DNA from: an uncultured Acidobacteriota bacterium
Lineage (GTDB): Bacteria > Acidobacteriota > Vicinamibacteria > Vicinamibacterales > UBA2999
Direction of reading: 5' to 3'
Assembly: GCA_963786365.1 (NCBI GenBank)
Contig: CAWAYR010000018.1
Span: forward strand, 596,078-660,077
DNA: 64,000 nt
Part shown: one piece after another, positions 12,177 through 26,852 of the stretch
Layout of the letters: the number at the start of each line of letters is the position of its first letter
Position numbering within the stretch: position 1 is the stretch's first letter
Made by a program: the position numbers and the translations under genes
Notes under the pieces: generated by a model
Told to the model about the DNA's origin: nothing
The model's input: the letters and a program-made list of their open reading frames with translations, nothing else
The model's database searches: none

Positions 12177-13076
12177 TCACGAGGCTTTCCGCTTCTTCGC
12201 CGCCGGCTTCGCCGCCACCAGTTTCGGCGCCTTGGCCGCGGCCTTCTTGGCCGCCGGCGCCGCTTGCGCCTCCTCGACCTTCGCGGTCGGCTTGCGGCCG
12301 GCGCTGACCTGGTCGAGGCTGCGACGCAGCGCTTCCATCAGATCGATGACCTTCGGCGCCGCCTCTTCCTTCGGCGCCACCACCTCTTCGCCGGCGACCT
12401 TGGCGTCGATGATCGCCCGCAGCCCGCTCTGGTACTCGTCGGTGTAGGTCTTGAGGTCGAGCGGCCCCTGGTAGCTCTCGATCACCTGCTGGGCCAGCTT
12501 GGCCTCGGCCGGCGAGACCTTGCCGCGGACCTCGCGCAACTCGTCGATTTGATCGATGGTCCGGATCTCGGCGGCGTGGTGCAGCGTGTACATCACCAGG
12601 CCCTGCTTGTGCGGCTTCACCGCCACCAGGTACTCGCGGCCGTGGATCGCCACCTTGCCGATGCCGGCCTTGCCGATCATGCCGTCGCGCATCACCGCGT
12701 AGGCGTCGCCGGCCATCGGCCCCTCGGGCGCCAGGTAGTAGGCCTTGTCCACGTACATCGGATCGATGTCGTCGCTGTCGGCGAACTGCAACAGGTTGAT
12801 GACCTTGGTCGACTCGGGCTTGACCTTGGCGATGTCGTCGTCGGACACCACGACCCAGTGCCCCTTCTCGAACTCGTAGCCCTTGACAATCTCGGCGTTG
12901 GTGACCTCGCGCTCGCAGGACGGGCACCACTTCTTCTGCTGGATGCGGGTCTGGCACTCCTCGTGGAGCTGGTTGAACGAGATCGTGGCACTCGCCTCGG
13001 TGGCCGGGTACACCCGCACCGGGATCGTCACCAAGCTGACCTTGAGAAAGCCCTTCCAGGTTGGACGCGCCGCCAT
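12177..13076 (-). CDS. ku: Non-homologous end-joining protein Ku with basic Lys/Ala tail
   Basis: MAARPTWKGFLKVSLVTIPV, IVKGYEFEKG, DPMYVDKAYYLAP, VIDLMEALRRS. Confidence 0.95.
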   Translation of the reverse strand: MAARPTWKGFLKVSLVTIPVRVYPATEASATISFNQLHEECQTRIQQKKWCPSCEREVTNAEIVKGYEFEKGHWVVVSDDDIAKVKPESTKVINLLQFADSDDIDPMYVDKAYYLAPEGPMAGDAYAVMRDGMIGKAGIGKVAIHGREYLVAVKPHKQGLVMYTLHHAAEIRTIDQIDELREVRGKVSPAEAKLAQQVIESYQGPLDLKTYTDEYQSGLRAIIDAKVAGEEVVAPKEEAAPKVIDLMEALRRSLDQVSAGRKPTAKVEEAQAAPAAKKAAAKAPKLVAAKPAAKKRKAS

Positions 13077-13158
13077 TGGTTCGCTCCCAGGGGTTGAGCG
13101 CGCGCCGGGAGTCCCGGCGCGCAGGTGATATCGGTCGATGGTACTCCGCTCTGTAGCG

Positions 13159-13231
13159 GCGGGGACTCTGGTCTCGGGGTCCGGGGCTCGGGACGGTGGG
13201 CAGTCCCTGGTCCCCGGTCCCCGGTCCCCGC
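13159..13231. repeat. Inverted heptamer arrays forming a hairpin between the upstream gene and ku
   Basis: gcggggact-ctggtct-cggggtc-cggggct-cgggac, a short loop, then gtccctg-gtccccg-gtccccg-gtccccgc. Confidence 0.8.
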
Positions 13232-13234
13232 CTT

Positions 13235-13801
13235 CTAGACGTCTTCCCGCGCGTCGTGTCCCTCCAGGTGCAGCCCGGGGCCGCCCTGGAAGTCGATGGC
13301 GTGCTCGGCGATCTTCTGCCGGAGCACCCGGCGGACCTCGCCCAGCCGCTGACCCGGCACCGGCAGGCGGCGGGCCAGCGTGGTCAGACGCGACACCACG
13401 ATCAGCGTCGAGGCGTCGCCGCGGTCCTGCCAGGTCAGCCCGCCGATCTGCGCGTAGGGCATGAACCCGGCATCGGCCCAGATGCCGTCGGCATAGAGGC
13501 CGTGCATGATGCGGGAGCTGAGCGGCACGGCAGCGCCGTAGTAGACGAACATCATCAGCTCGCCGAAGAGGGCCGGCAGCGGCCGCGGCACGAACAAGGC
13601 CGAGAGCAGCAGGCAGCCCATGGCCCCGCCGATGGCCAGGCTCATGACGTAGAAGGGCGGCTTGGGCGCGGTCCAGACGGTCAGCGCCGCCGAACGACGG
13701 CGGGCCCAGCGCCACAGGTCCCGGCCGGCTCGCAGGTTGGCCACGAGGAAGCCCAAGCCGAGCACGAACAACACCCTGGGCAGCAGCTCGGCGACCGGCA
13801 C
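13235..13801 (-). CDS. Hypothetical membrane protein (about 3 TM segments plus soluble C-terminal domain)
   Basis: Hydrophobic stretches; co-oriented between tdk and ku. Confidence 0.65.
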   Translation of the reverse strand: MPVAELLPRVLFVLGLGFLVANLRAGRDLWRWARRRSAALTVWTAPKPPFYVMSLAIGGAMGCLLLSALFVPRPLPALFGELMMFVYYGAAVPLSSRIMHGLYADGIWADAGFMPYAQIGGLTWQDRGDASTLIVVSRLTTLARRLPVPGQRLGEVRRVLRQKIAEHAIDFQGGPGLHLEGHDAREDV

Positions 13802-13833
13802 GTCCCGATTCTGCGATGCGCCATCGCGGGGCG

Positions 13834-14433
13834 TCAATCCGCGGTCGAGGTCTGGGCCGGTTCCTGGCGCGACAGCAGCGGGTCGAAACAGCGCCGGCAC
13901 CGGGCCTCGTAGGTGCCGTGGGCGCCGAGCAGCACGCGGTCGGCGTTGTCGACCAGCCGCTGGGTATGGTTGGCCGGGTTGCCGCACACCACGCAGATGG
14001 CCCGGGTCTTGGTGATGTACTCGGCGATGGCCAGCAGATGCGGCATCGGCTCGAAGGGCCGGCCGAGGTAGTCCTGGTCGAGCCCGGCGACGATCACGCG
14101 CACGCCCCGCCCGGCCAGCTCGACGCAGGCGGCCGGCAGCGCCGCGTCGAAGAACTGGCCCTCGTCGATGCCGACCACCTCGGTGTCGAGGCGGACCTTG
14201 GTCAGCAGGTCGGCCGACGAGGCGGCCGGCTCGGCCGACAGCCGCAGCTCGCCGTGCGAGACGATCGCGTCGTCGGCGTAGCGCGTGTCGACCGACGGCT
14301 TGAAGATCTGCACCCGCTGGCGGGCAATCTGCGCGCGGCGCACGCGGCGGATGAGCTCCTCGCTCTTGCCGCTGAACATGCTGCCGACGATGACTTCGAT
14401 CCAGCCCTGATTGGCGGTGCGGACGACGTCCAT
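13834..14433 (-). CDS. tdk: Thymidine kinase
   Basis: [35 protein letters not shown]...YEARCRRC. Confidence 0.96.
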   Translation of the reverse strand: MDVVRTANQGWIEVIVGSMFSGKSEELIRRVRRAQIARQRVQIFKPSVDTRYADDAIVSHGELRLSAEPAASSADLLTKVRLDTEVVGIDEGQFFDAALPAACVELAGRGVRVIVAGLDQDYLGRPFEPMPHLLAIAEYITKTRAICVVCGNPANHTQRLVDNADRVLLGAHGTYEARCRRCFDPLLSRQEPAQTSTAD

Positions 14434-14447
14434 GGGTGCGGTCGCGC

Positions 14448-15014
14448 TCAGGCCCGCGACTGGTACTCGCCGGTCTCGGTGTTGACGCGGATCACGTCGC
14501 CCTCGCCGATGAAGGGCGGCACCTGCACGACCAGACCGGTCTCGGTCGTGGCCGGCTTCAGCTGGTTGGTGGCGGTGGCGCCCTTGATCGCCGGCACCGT
14601 CTCCATCACCTTCAGGTCCACGGTCTGCGGCAGCTCGATGCCGACCGGCTCGCTGCCGTGGAACTCGACGCTGATGGTCATCTCGGGTTTGAGGTAGCCG
14701 ACCGAATCGCCGAGCGCTTCCGAGGTGAGATGCGTCTGCTCGTAGCTCGACGTGTCCATGAAGTAGTGGTCCTCGCCGTCGCTGTACAGGTACTGCATCT
14801 GCTTCTCGTCGAGGACCGCGCGCTCGACCACGTCTTCGGAGCGCAGCCGCTGCTCGGACGTGGTCTGGCTGCGCAGGTTGCGGGTCTTGACCCGGACGAA
14901 GCCGCGCAGATTGCCTGGCGTCTTGTGCTCGAGATCGAGGATGCGGAGCAGGTCGCCCGCCTGGATGATGATCATGCCGCGCTTGAGCCGGGTGGCGGCC
15001 AGGGTGTTTGCCAT
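14448..15014 (-). CDS. efp: Elongation factor P
   Basis: MQYLY..G..Y.FMD...[33 protein letters not shown]; loop reads TPGNLRG. Confidence 0.95.
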   Translation of the reverse strand: MANTLAATRLKRGMIIIQAGDLLRILDLEHKTPGNLRGFVRVKTRNLRSQTTSEQRLRSEDVVERAVLDEKQMQYLYSDGEDHYFMDTSSYEQTHLTSEALGDSVGYLKPEMTISVEFHGSEPVGIELPQTVDLKVMETVPAIKGATATNQLKPATTETGLVVQVPPFIGEGDVIRVNTETGEYQSRA

Positions 15015-15133
15015 CGGTCTGCCTTGAAGGGGTTGTAGATCTTCCGGATCCTAGCACGCGGTCCGGCTCGCGAGCCGGCACCGCGGCCGTCGTCGGTGGC
15101 CCCGACGCCGCGCGGCGACGGCCGCGCCGCCCG

Positions 15134-15142
15134 TGCTACCAT
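15134..15142 (+). promoter_or_regulatory. Extended -10 element (TGnTACCAT) 7 nt before the hsp20 GTG; leaderless candidate
   Basis: tgctaccat-cgggctc-GTG with no SD. Confidence 0.5.
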
Positions 15143-15149
15143 CGGGCTC

Positions 15150-15552
15150 GTGGCCTTCGCTCGCTGGGATCCCGTGCGGGATTTGCTCGCGATTCAGCTG
15201 AAGATGGAGCGGCTGCCCGCCCCCGCCCCGCAGGGCTGGGTGCCGGCCGCCGACCTGTGCGAAACGGCCGACGCCTACATCGTCACCGCCGAGCTTCCCG
15301 GGCGTGCCGCGGCCGCAGATCCGCATCGACGTCCACGACGGCCAGCTGACCGTGCACGGCCGCCGCGACGCCCGGGTGGCCTGCGAGCAGTACCACCAGG
15401 TCGAGCGCGGCCACGGCGAGTTCAGCCGGTCGTTCCGGCTGCCGCACACCATCGCCGCCGACCGGATCTCGGCCGAGCTCAAGGACGGCGTGCTGACCAT
15501 CGTCGTGCCGAAGGGACAGGCGCAGGGCCCACGGCGCGTGGACGTGTCGTAA
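15150..15552 (+). CDS. Hsp20/alpha-crystallin small heat shock protein (frameshifted)
   Basis: WVPAADLCE....YIVTAELPG; ERGHGEFSRSFRLP...ISAELKDGVLTIVVPK. Confidence 0.9.
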
Positions 15553-15560
15553 GGCCGGCC

Positions 15561-16735
15561 ATGCGGCGGCTGACCCTGGCGCTCGTCCTGGTGCTGGCCG
15601 GCGTCGTCGCGGGCTTGGTCGTGTCGGGGCGCATGCGCGCCACCGGCGAGGCGACCGGCGACGATCAGAGCAGCGCCGCTCCGCGCCCGGCCCGCGGCCA
15701 GGCCCGATGCCGCCCCGACGCTGAACACCGGACCCGACTTCACCAGGATCGCCGAGCAGACCACCGGCGCCGTCACCAACATCGCCTCGCTGCAGGTGGT
15801 GCGCCGCCAGGCCTCGCCGTTCGCCAACGACCCGTTCTTCCAGGTACTTCTTCGGCGGCGCCGACGACATGTTCGGCAGCCGCAGCCGCTACGAGTCGAG
15901 TCTCGGCTCGGGCGTGGTGATCTCGGCCGACGGCTACGTGCTGACCAACAGCCACGTCGTCGGCGAAGGACAGGTCGAGGTCACCGTCGGCCTCGGCGAC
16001 AAGCGCGAGCTGCGGGCCAAGGTGGTCGGCGTCGACGCCTCCACCGACCTCGCCCTGCTCAAGGTCGACGCCCGCGGCCTGCCGACGATTCCGTGGGGCG
16101 ACTCCGCCCGGCTGAAGGTCGCCGAGTGGGTGCTGGCCATCGGCAGCCCGTTCCAGTTGAACCAGACGGTCACGCTGGGCATCGTCAGCGCGCTCGGCCG
16201 GGCCAACGTCGGCATCGCCGCCTACGAGGACTTCATCCAGACCGACGCCGCGATCAATCCGGGCAACTCGGGCGGGGCGCTGATCAACGCCCGCGGTGAG
16301 CTGATCGGCATCAACACCGCGATCTTCTCGCAGAGCGGCGGCTACCAGGGCATCGGCTTCGCCGTGCCGAGCAACCTCGCCCGCCGCGTCGTCGACGACC
16401 TGACCAAGTACGGCGTGGTCCGGCGCGGGTCGATCGGCTACCTCGAGGTGTCGCCGCTGACCTCGCGCCTGGCCGACGAGCTGCGGGCGCCGACCACCGA
16501 CGGACTGGTCGTGATGCGGATGGCCCGCGGCGCGGCGTATCAGGCCGGCCTGCGGCCCGGTGACGTCATCCTCTCGGTGAACGGCCGGCCGGTCACCGAC
16601 GCGGCGCGCTTCATGCGCGAGGTGGCCGACGCCGCCGTCGGCAGCACCATGGCGATCGAGATCCTGCGCGACGCGGTGCGCCAGACGTTGCGAGTGCCAG
16701 TGCAGCAGGAAGCGGCGCGGACCCCCGCCCGCTGA
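15561..16735 (+). CDS. DegP/HtrA-family trypsin-like serine protease with PDZ domain (frameshifted)
   Basis: GSGVVIS...LTNSHVV, TDLALLK, IQTDAAINPGNSGG. Confidence 0.93.
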
Positions 16736-16787
16736 GCTGCGGCGGCAGGCCGGGCGATCGACCCGGGCCGCCGGGCGGCGCCGCAGC
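16736..16787. terminator. GC-rich hairpin after htrA, no U-tract
   Basis: gctgcggcg ... cgccgcagc inverted repeat. Confidence 0.35.
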
Positions 16788-16825
16788 ATCGAACTCCCCC
16801 ACCCGAATCTTCGTCCACTGTGCGT

Positions 16826-17943
16826 ATGACGCTGCGCACCGTCGTCCGGCGAACCGCGGCGGTGTTCGGCGTCGTGGTGGCCCTCGCCGTCTCGGGGCTG
16901 GTCATCGCCTACTGGAGGTCCGACAACGACTGCGCCGAGCGCCGCGCCGCGGTCCCGGCCCACCCGATGACGGCCATCCTCTACTGCGACTACGGGGCGC
17001 CCGAGGTCCTGACGCTCGAAGACGTCGAGAAGCCGACGCCCGCCGATGGTCAGGTGCTGGTCCGCGTACGCGCGGCGGCGGTGAATCCGCTCGAGTTGCA
17101 CTACATGCGCGGCACGCCGTACGTCATGCGGCTCGACACCGGGCTGCGGCGGCCCAAGGACCTGCGCCTCGGCGTCGACTTCGCCGGCGTCGTGGAAGCG
17201 GTCGGCGCCAACGTCACGAAGCTCAAGCCCGGCGACGAGGTGTTCGGCGGGCGCAACGGGGCGCTGGCCGAGTACGTCGTGGTCGCCGAGCGGTCGGTCG
17301 TCGTCAAGCCGGAGAACGTGACCTTCGAGCAGGCGGCGGCCGTGCCGGTGGCCGCGGTCACCGCGCTGCAGGCGGTGCGCGACCACGGACATCTCCAGCC
17401 GGGACAGACGGTGCTGATCAACGGGGCCTCGGGCGGCGTCGGCACCTTCGCGGTGCAGATCGCCAAGGCCTTCGGCGCCGTCGTCACCGGCGTCAGCAGC
17501 ACCCGGAACGTCGAGCTGGTGCGCTCGCTGGGGGCGGACCGCACGGTCGACTACAGCCAGGAGGACTACACCCAGGGCGCGCGAGCGCTACGACGTCATC
17601 ATCGACATGGTCGGCAACCAGTCGCTGCCTGGCCAACCGCCGGGTCCTGCAGCCGAAGGGCATCTACGTCATGGTCGGCGGGCCGAACGGCAACTGGATC
17701 GCGCCGCTCGACCGCGTCGCCCGCATGTACGTGCTGTCGGCGTTCGTGAGCCAGGAGTTCCGGATGTTCATGGCGCGACTGAACGCCGCGGATCTGGCCA
17801 CGCTGCGCGATCTCATGCAGGCCGGCAAGGTGACCCCGATCATCGACCGGCGCTACCCGTTGAACGAAGTCGGCGAGGCCGTCCGCTACCTGGAGACGGG
17901 CCGGGCCCGCGGCAAGGTCGTGGTCACGGTCGGCGGCGCTTAG
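16826..17943 (+). CDS. NAD(P)-dependent alcohol dehydrogenase/quinone reductase-like MDR protein with N-terminal TM extension (frameshifted)
   Basis: VLVRVRAAAVNP, G.DFAGVVEAVG, VLINGASGGVGTFAVQIAK, RARGKVVV. Confidence 0.88.
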
Positions 17944-17985
17944 CGGCGGCCGCCGGCGGCGAGCGGCGCCGGTGCCGCCCGGCCG

Positions 17986-18610
17986 TCACGCAGCCACCGC
18001 CGCACGCCCGACACCGACGCGGCGTCGCGGGCCGCGCACGCGCCAGTAGCGATCGGCGCCGAGGGTGACGCCGATGCGCGGCGTCCACACCACGCCGGCC
18101 ACCGCTGTGCCGTCATCACGCACGGTCAGCACGCCACGGGTCAGCATCCGGGTGTTGTGGACCGGCGTGCTGATGCCCATCGCCACCGTGAGGTTGCCCG
18201 GGCCGCGGCACAGGTCGGCGTCGCGGATCGGCCCGGGGCGGCTGCTGGCCGCCCGCCGCCGGCGCGTGCATGCGGTCGACGCCGTCGAGCGGTTCGACGG
18301 CGCGGATCAGCACCGCCGACGGGAAGCCCTCGTGCTCGGTGACCGCGTTCAGCAGATGGTGCAGGCCGTAGCTGACGTAGACGTAGGCCAGTCCGGGCGG
18401 GCCGTAGAGCGGCTCGTTGCGCGGGGTGCGTCCCTTGTAGGCGTGGCAGGCCGGATCGGTCTCGCCGATGTAGGCCTCGGTCTCGACGATCCGGCCGGTC
18501 GTCGTGCCGTCGGGGCCGCGATGCACCAGCACCTTGCCGATGAGGTCACGCGCGACGTCCAACGTCGACCGCGCGTAGAAGTCCACTGGCAGCGTCGAGG
18601 AGCGGGCCAT
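17986..18610 (-). CDS. mpg: DNA-3-methyladenine glycosylase (AAG/MPG family; frameshifted)
   Basis: [43 protein letters not shown]. Confidence 0.9.
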
Positions 18611-18617
18611 GGCAGGA

Positions 18618-21529
<2,912 letters not shown>

Positions 21530-21778
21530 GGAGTGGGAGGGCTCGCCTAGGGCAGGACCCGGCGGCGGGCTCCAAACCACCCATGGTAACAGGCCCGCCC
21601 GCCGCTACCCACGTTGCCGCCACCCGCGACGTCAGAAAAGTGGCAGGAGCGCACTTCCCGTCAGCGCCGTGGCGATGCCGGGGGCCGCGGGCGTCGCGAT
21701 TCCTGCCCAGAAACCGTGCAGTCCGGGTCGCCGGCGGCTTGGCATGCTTCCTGTAGTCCGCGTCTGGGCGTCGTGTCG

Positions 21779-22183
21779 ATGAACAGCCAGCGCTTCACCG
21801 TGGGCACTCGCGGCACCGTCATCATCGTGAACGAGCCCGACGCCCAGCGGCAGATGGTCCTCCAGCGCTTCCAGGCGCGGGGATTCCGCGCCCAGGTCGC
21901 CGAGAGCGGCCGTGTCGCGCTGCAGCTGGCCCGCGAGCAGCGGCCCGACGTGATCCTGATGGACATGGATCGGCCGACGCTCGACGGCTGGGAGTCGACC
22001 CGGCGGCTGAAGGCCGATCCGGTGACCCGCCACATCCTCGTGGTGGCGCTGTCGGAAGACACGCAGACCGACCGCCGCAACCAGGCGATGCGGGTCGGCT
22101 GCGACGGCTTCGAGCCCAAGCCGCTCGACGTCGACCACCTCGTGGCCAGCGTCGAGCGCCTGCTGCCCGCCCAAGGTCTGTAA
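21779..22183 (+). CDS. Single-domain response regulator (DivK/CheY-like)
   Basis: [29 protein letters not shown]. Confidence 0.85.
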   Translation: MNSQRFTVGTRGTVIIVNEPDAQRQMVLQRFQARGFRAQVAESGRVALQLAREQRPDVILMDMDRPTLDGWESTRRLKADPVTRHILVVALSEDTQTDRRNQAMRVGCDGFEPKPLDVDHLVASVERLLPAQGL

Positions 22184-22301
22184 CGACCCCGGGCCGCGCT
22201 GGCGCCGGGTTCCGTCCCCCTTGGCCCCGGCGCGCCTCGGCGCTACCATCCGGGGTGCGAGGCGGCACTGCGGCCGGGGCCGAGGTGCCGACGAGACCCG
22301 G

Positions 22302-24111
22302 ATGTCCAGCGACGGCCGCGACACCGACGTGGCTCCGGTGGCCCCCACGGCCACCTGGAGCTGGCGTGTGGATTCCGATCGCGTCGCCTACTCCGCTGGC
22401 TGGCACGCGATTCTCGGCGAGACGCCGGCCGACGACGTGCGCTCGCTGCACGCCTGGCTCGGCCGGGTGCACCCCGACGACATCGCCACGCTCATGGGCG
22501 CGCTCGACCGGCACCTGACCGGCGAGGCGCCCCGAATTCGTCTGCGAGCACCGCGTCCGAACCCGCACCGGCGCCTTCCGCTGGGTGGTGGCGCGCGGCG
22601 CCGCCGAGCGCGACGGCAAGGGCCGCCCGACGCTGCTGGCCGGCACGCTCGACGACGTGACCGAACGCAACGCGCGCGATCCGCTGGCCGGGCTGCCGGG
22701 CATCGTCGCCCTGCGCGCCCACGTGGCGCGGCTGCTGCAGGCGACGCGCCGTGATCCCACCGCGCGTTTCGCGCTGCTGCTCGTCGACCTCGATCGCTTC
22801 GGGGCGATGAACGAGCTGCTCGGCCACGACACCGGCGACACCCTGCTGCGCGAGGCCCTCCGCCGCGTGTCGCGGTGCCTGCGCGAAGGCGACCTGGTCG
22901 CCCGGCTGGGCTCGAACCACGGCCGCGAGGGCACGCCGACCGACGTGGCGCTGCCGCCGCTCGGCGGCGACGAGTGCGCGGTCGTGCTCTCGCATCTCGC
23001 CGACGTGCGCGACTCCGGCCGCGTCGCCACCCGCATCCACGACGCGATGGCGGCGCCGTTTCCGGTGGCCGGACAACGGCTCTTCGCCTCGGTCAGCATC
23101 GGCATCGCCTCGAACAGCGCCGCCCACGATTCAGCCGAGGACATGCTGCGCGACGCCCACTCGGCGCTGGTGCGCGCCAAGGCGCGCGGCCCGTCCGAGA
23201 CCCAGCTCTTCGACGACTCGGCCAAGGCCGGGCTGGCGGAGTTCATGGAGTTCGCCGCCGACCTCTCGGCCGCGATCACCGAGCACCAGTTCGAGACGTG
23301 GTATCAGCCGGTGGTCGACCTGCACGACGGGTCGATCGTGCGGGCCGAAGCGCTGATGCGCTGGCGGCACCCGTCGCGCGGGCTGCTGCGGCCGAACATC
23401 TTCGTGCCCTTGCTCGAGCAGACGGGCACGATCGTGCCGGTGGGGTGGGAGGGCGTGACGGCCGCCTGTGAGGCCCTGGCCGCGTGGCGCCGCGCGCATG
23501 CGCCGGCCCACGGCATCCGCGTGTCGGTGAACCTGCTGGCGCGGCAGTTCCTCGAGCCGGATCTGATCGAGCGGCTCGACGCCGCCACCCGCGCCGCCGG
23601 GCTCGAGCACGGCGACCTCGAGCTGGAGATCGCCGAGATGGAAGCGATGTCGCACTACGAGCGCGCCGTCGAGGTGACGCGCGCACTGCGCGCCGCCGAG
23701 TTCAAGGTCGCTCTCGACGACTTCGGTATCGGGCTGGCGGCAACCGAGCACATCCGCAACCTCGGCGTCCACACGCTCAAGATCGACCGCGCCTACATCG
23801 GCGGCAACCAGCAGCAGGCCGGCAGTTCGGCAATCGTCCAATACGCCGTCGAGCTGGCGGCGATTCTCGGGATCGACGTGGTCGCCGAAGGCGTCGAGAC
23901 GCCGACCGAGCTCGACACGCTGCGCATGCTGAACTGCCCGATGGGGCAAGGCTTCCTGTTCTCACGCCCGGTCACCGGCGACGAGCTGCTGGCGCTGCTG
24001 CAACGGTCCGACGCCACCGCTGCCGGCACGGCGTGGTGGGCCGGCCAGCAGCCGATCACGCAGCGGCGGCGGCGTGACTCGGACGTCGAAATGCCGGCGG
24101 CGGGACGGTAG
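22302..24111 (+). CDS. PAS-GGDEF-EAL c-di-GMP signalling protein (frameshift near 22540)
   Basis: VHPDD PAS motif, DLDRF..N...GH..GD, GGDEC, AEALMRW, DDFG, KIDR, AEGVE, GQGFLFSRP. Confidence 0.9.
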
Positions 24112-24122
24112 CCCGCGGCTCA

Positions 24123-24154
24123 CGCAGGCGACCGGCGTGCCGCGGCCGCCTGCG
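24123..24154. terminator. Hairpin between convergent genes
   Basis: cgcaggcg ... cgcctgcg inverted repeat, no U-tract. Confidence 0.35.
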
Positions 24155-24168
24155 GTCGGTCGACTCTA

Positions 24169-26624
24169 CTACTCGGCTCGCAGACCCTCGACGGGATTGA
24201 CGCGCATCGCGCGCAGCGCCGGTGGCACCGTGGCGACGAGCGCGGCCACGATCAGCACCGCGCACGCCGCACCGGTGGCCACGACGTCGCGCGCCGACAC
24301 GCCGTAGAGCACCCGCGACAGCAGGCCGTCGAGCAGCTGCACGGCGACGAGCCCGCCGGCCAGGCCGGCGACGACGAGGCTGATGCCGTGGCGCACCACC
24401 AGTCCACCGACGGTGCCGGCGGTAGCCCCGAGCGCGAGACGAATCGCCAGCTCCCGAGTGCGCATCGCCACGGCCCACGAGAACAGGCCGTAGACCCCGA
24501 CTGCGGCGAGCAGCGCCGCCAGCCCGCCGAAGGTGAGGAGCACGCTGCGCAGCACGCGGGCTTCGGCGGTGCGCTCGGCCAAATGGCTGCCCCACGACCG
24601 TGGCTCCGCCATCGGCACGGCCGGCGCCACCTTGCGCAGCGCGTTGCGCACTGCCGACGCGCCGGCCGCAGCGTCGGCGGCGCGCACGGCGATGACCACC
24701 TCCGAGAAGGGGAACTGTCGCGTCGTGAAGTAGATCGCCGGCTCGACGTCCTGGCCGAGCGCCACGTTGCGGATGTCCGCCACGACGCCGACGATCTCGA
24801 CCGGCACACCGTGCTGACCGCTCACCCACTTCAGGTTCACGCCGAGCGGGCCGATGCCGCTGGCGAGGTTGGTCAGCGTGGTGCCCACCGGTTCGCGGCT
24901 GGCCAGGTAGCGGCGCGCGAACGTCTCGTTGACGACGATCGCCCCGGGGGCGTCGGGGCCGTCGAACGCGGTGAAGTCGCGGCCACGGACGATCCGCGCT
25001 CCCATCGCCGCGAAGTAGCCGTCGCTGACGCTGTGCAGCTGCGCCTGCGGCGCATCCTCACGGCGCGGCGGCGGCGGATCGCCGACGATCAGGAAGGGTT
25101 CACGCCAGCCGACTTCGAACGGCAGGAAGTTGGTCGCGCCGGCGGACTGCACGCCGGGCTCACGGCGCACGGCGTCGAGAATGTCGGTGTGCTGCGTGGC
25201 CATCGCGCCCCAGCGGGCGATGACTGTGGCTTGTGGCCCTGGCGCCGGACGCACCTGGATCCGCGTCGTCGCCACGTCGGCGGCGTCCACGCCGGTGGGC
25301 GTCTCGGTCATCCGCTGCACCGTGCGCACCAGCAGCGCCGATCCGACCAGCAGCCCGCAGGCCAGCGCCAGCTCGGCGCCGACCAGCACCGAGTAGAGAC
25401 GGCGCGCACCGCGCGAGCTGCCCCGCTCCCCGCCTTCAACTCGGTGGTGAGGTGACGCTTGAGCGAGGCCAGCGCCGGCACCAGCGCGAAGAACAGCGTC
25501 GCGGCCAGGATCACCGCCAGCGCCACGCCGACGGTGCGCACGTCGACCGACGCGTCGGCCAGGCGCGGGATCGAGACGGGCGTGTAGTGCAGCAGCAACG
25601 GCAGCGCGCCGGCGGTGAGCGCCAGGCCGAGCACGGCGCCGCCGACGGCCAGGATCAGGCCCTCGGCCAGGAGCTGCAGCACCAGCTGGCGCGGCGTGGC
25701 GCCGAGTGCGATGCGCACCGCGACTTCGCGCTCGCGTGACAAGGCGCGCGTGAGCAGGAGGGAGGCCACGTTGATGCAGGCGATGGTGAGCAGGACGACC
25801 ACCGCGCCCAGCAGCACCGACAGCGCCGGACGGTAGTAGCCGAGCGTCTCGTCGAGCTGCGGCACGAGCCGCGTGCCCCAGCCGCGGTTGGTCTCGGCGA
25901 ACTCGGTCTGGAAACGCGTGGTGAGCGCGTCAGCGGCGGCCTGCGCCTGCGCCACGGTGACGCCGGGCTTCATCCGCGCCACGGCGCCCATGAAGTGAGC
26001 GGCGCGGCTGTGCCGCGTCATGTCCCAGCGCAGGCGCTGCCACACGTCGACGTCGTCTGGATAATTGAAGCCCGCGGGCATCACGCCGACCACGGTGTAG
26101 GGCTCGTCGTTCAGCTGCAGCGGCCGTCCGATCACGCTCGGATCGGCGCCGTAGCGGGTGCGCCACAGCCGGTCGCTGATCACCGCCACGAGCTCGCGCT
26201 GCACGAACAGCGGCCCGCCCTCGGGGAAGCCGGCGCCGATCTGCGGCTTCACGCCGAGCAGCGAGAACAGGTTGCCGCTGACTTCGATGGTCGTGACCCG
26301 GGCCGGGTCGAGCCCGGGGTCCACCAGGTTGATGCCCGGGCGCCACCAGGCGGCCGCGTCCTCGAACACCGGCAGGGCGCGGACGTCCATGAAGTTCACC
26401 GGCGAGATTGGGTCGTGGTTGGCCGCCTTCTCGGCGTTGGTGTCCCAGATCGTGACCAGCCGCTCGGGATTCGTGTACGGCAGCGGCCGCAACACCACCG
26501 CGTCGACGATCGTGAAGACCGTGGCCGTGGCTCCGGTACCGAGCCCGAGCACGAGCATCGTGACGAGCGCGAAGCGCGGGTGGTGGCGAACCTGACGGGC
26601 GGCGGCGCGAAGGGCGTCGAGCAC
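24169..26624 (-). CDS. ABC transporter permease, ADOP/MacB-FtsX duplicated type (frameshifted)
   Basis: LGLGTGATATVFTIVDAVVLRPLPY, IACINVASLLL...REVAVRIALGA, RAMRVNPVEGLRAE. Confidence 0.9.
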
Positions 26625-26779
26625 GGGCAGCTCCGGGCCGCGGTGAGGCGCCCGCGCCACGCGGACCTGCCCACTGCGGCACGAGTTGGACGGGACCGAG
26701 CACTCCAGGGTTGGCACGCCGCGCTGTGCTAGACTCGACGATCTCTGCCAGGGCACGCGCCATGGCACGCGTCACGCTG

Positions 26780-26852
26780 GCCGGCGTAGCTCAGTTGGTA
26801 GAGCAGCTGATTCGTAATCAGCAGGTCGTCGGTTCGAGTCCGACCGCCGGCA
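26780..26852 (+). tRNA. tRNA-Thr (anticodon CGT)
   Basis: Cloverleaf GCCGGCG-TA-GCTC/GAGC-GCTGA-TTCGTAA-TCAGC-GTCGG-TTCGAGT-CCGAC-CGCCGGC; the encoded TCCA follows only the duplicated copy at 26888-26891. Confidence 0.95.

Noticed and set aside
26711-26735. Sigma54 promoter for the tRNA (TTGGCACG)
   Set aside because: The -12 TTGC element is missing at the required spacing; an extended -10 (TGCTAGACT) is an equally plausible reading.
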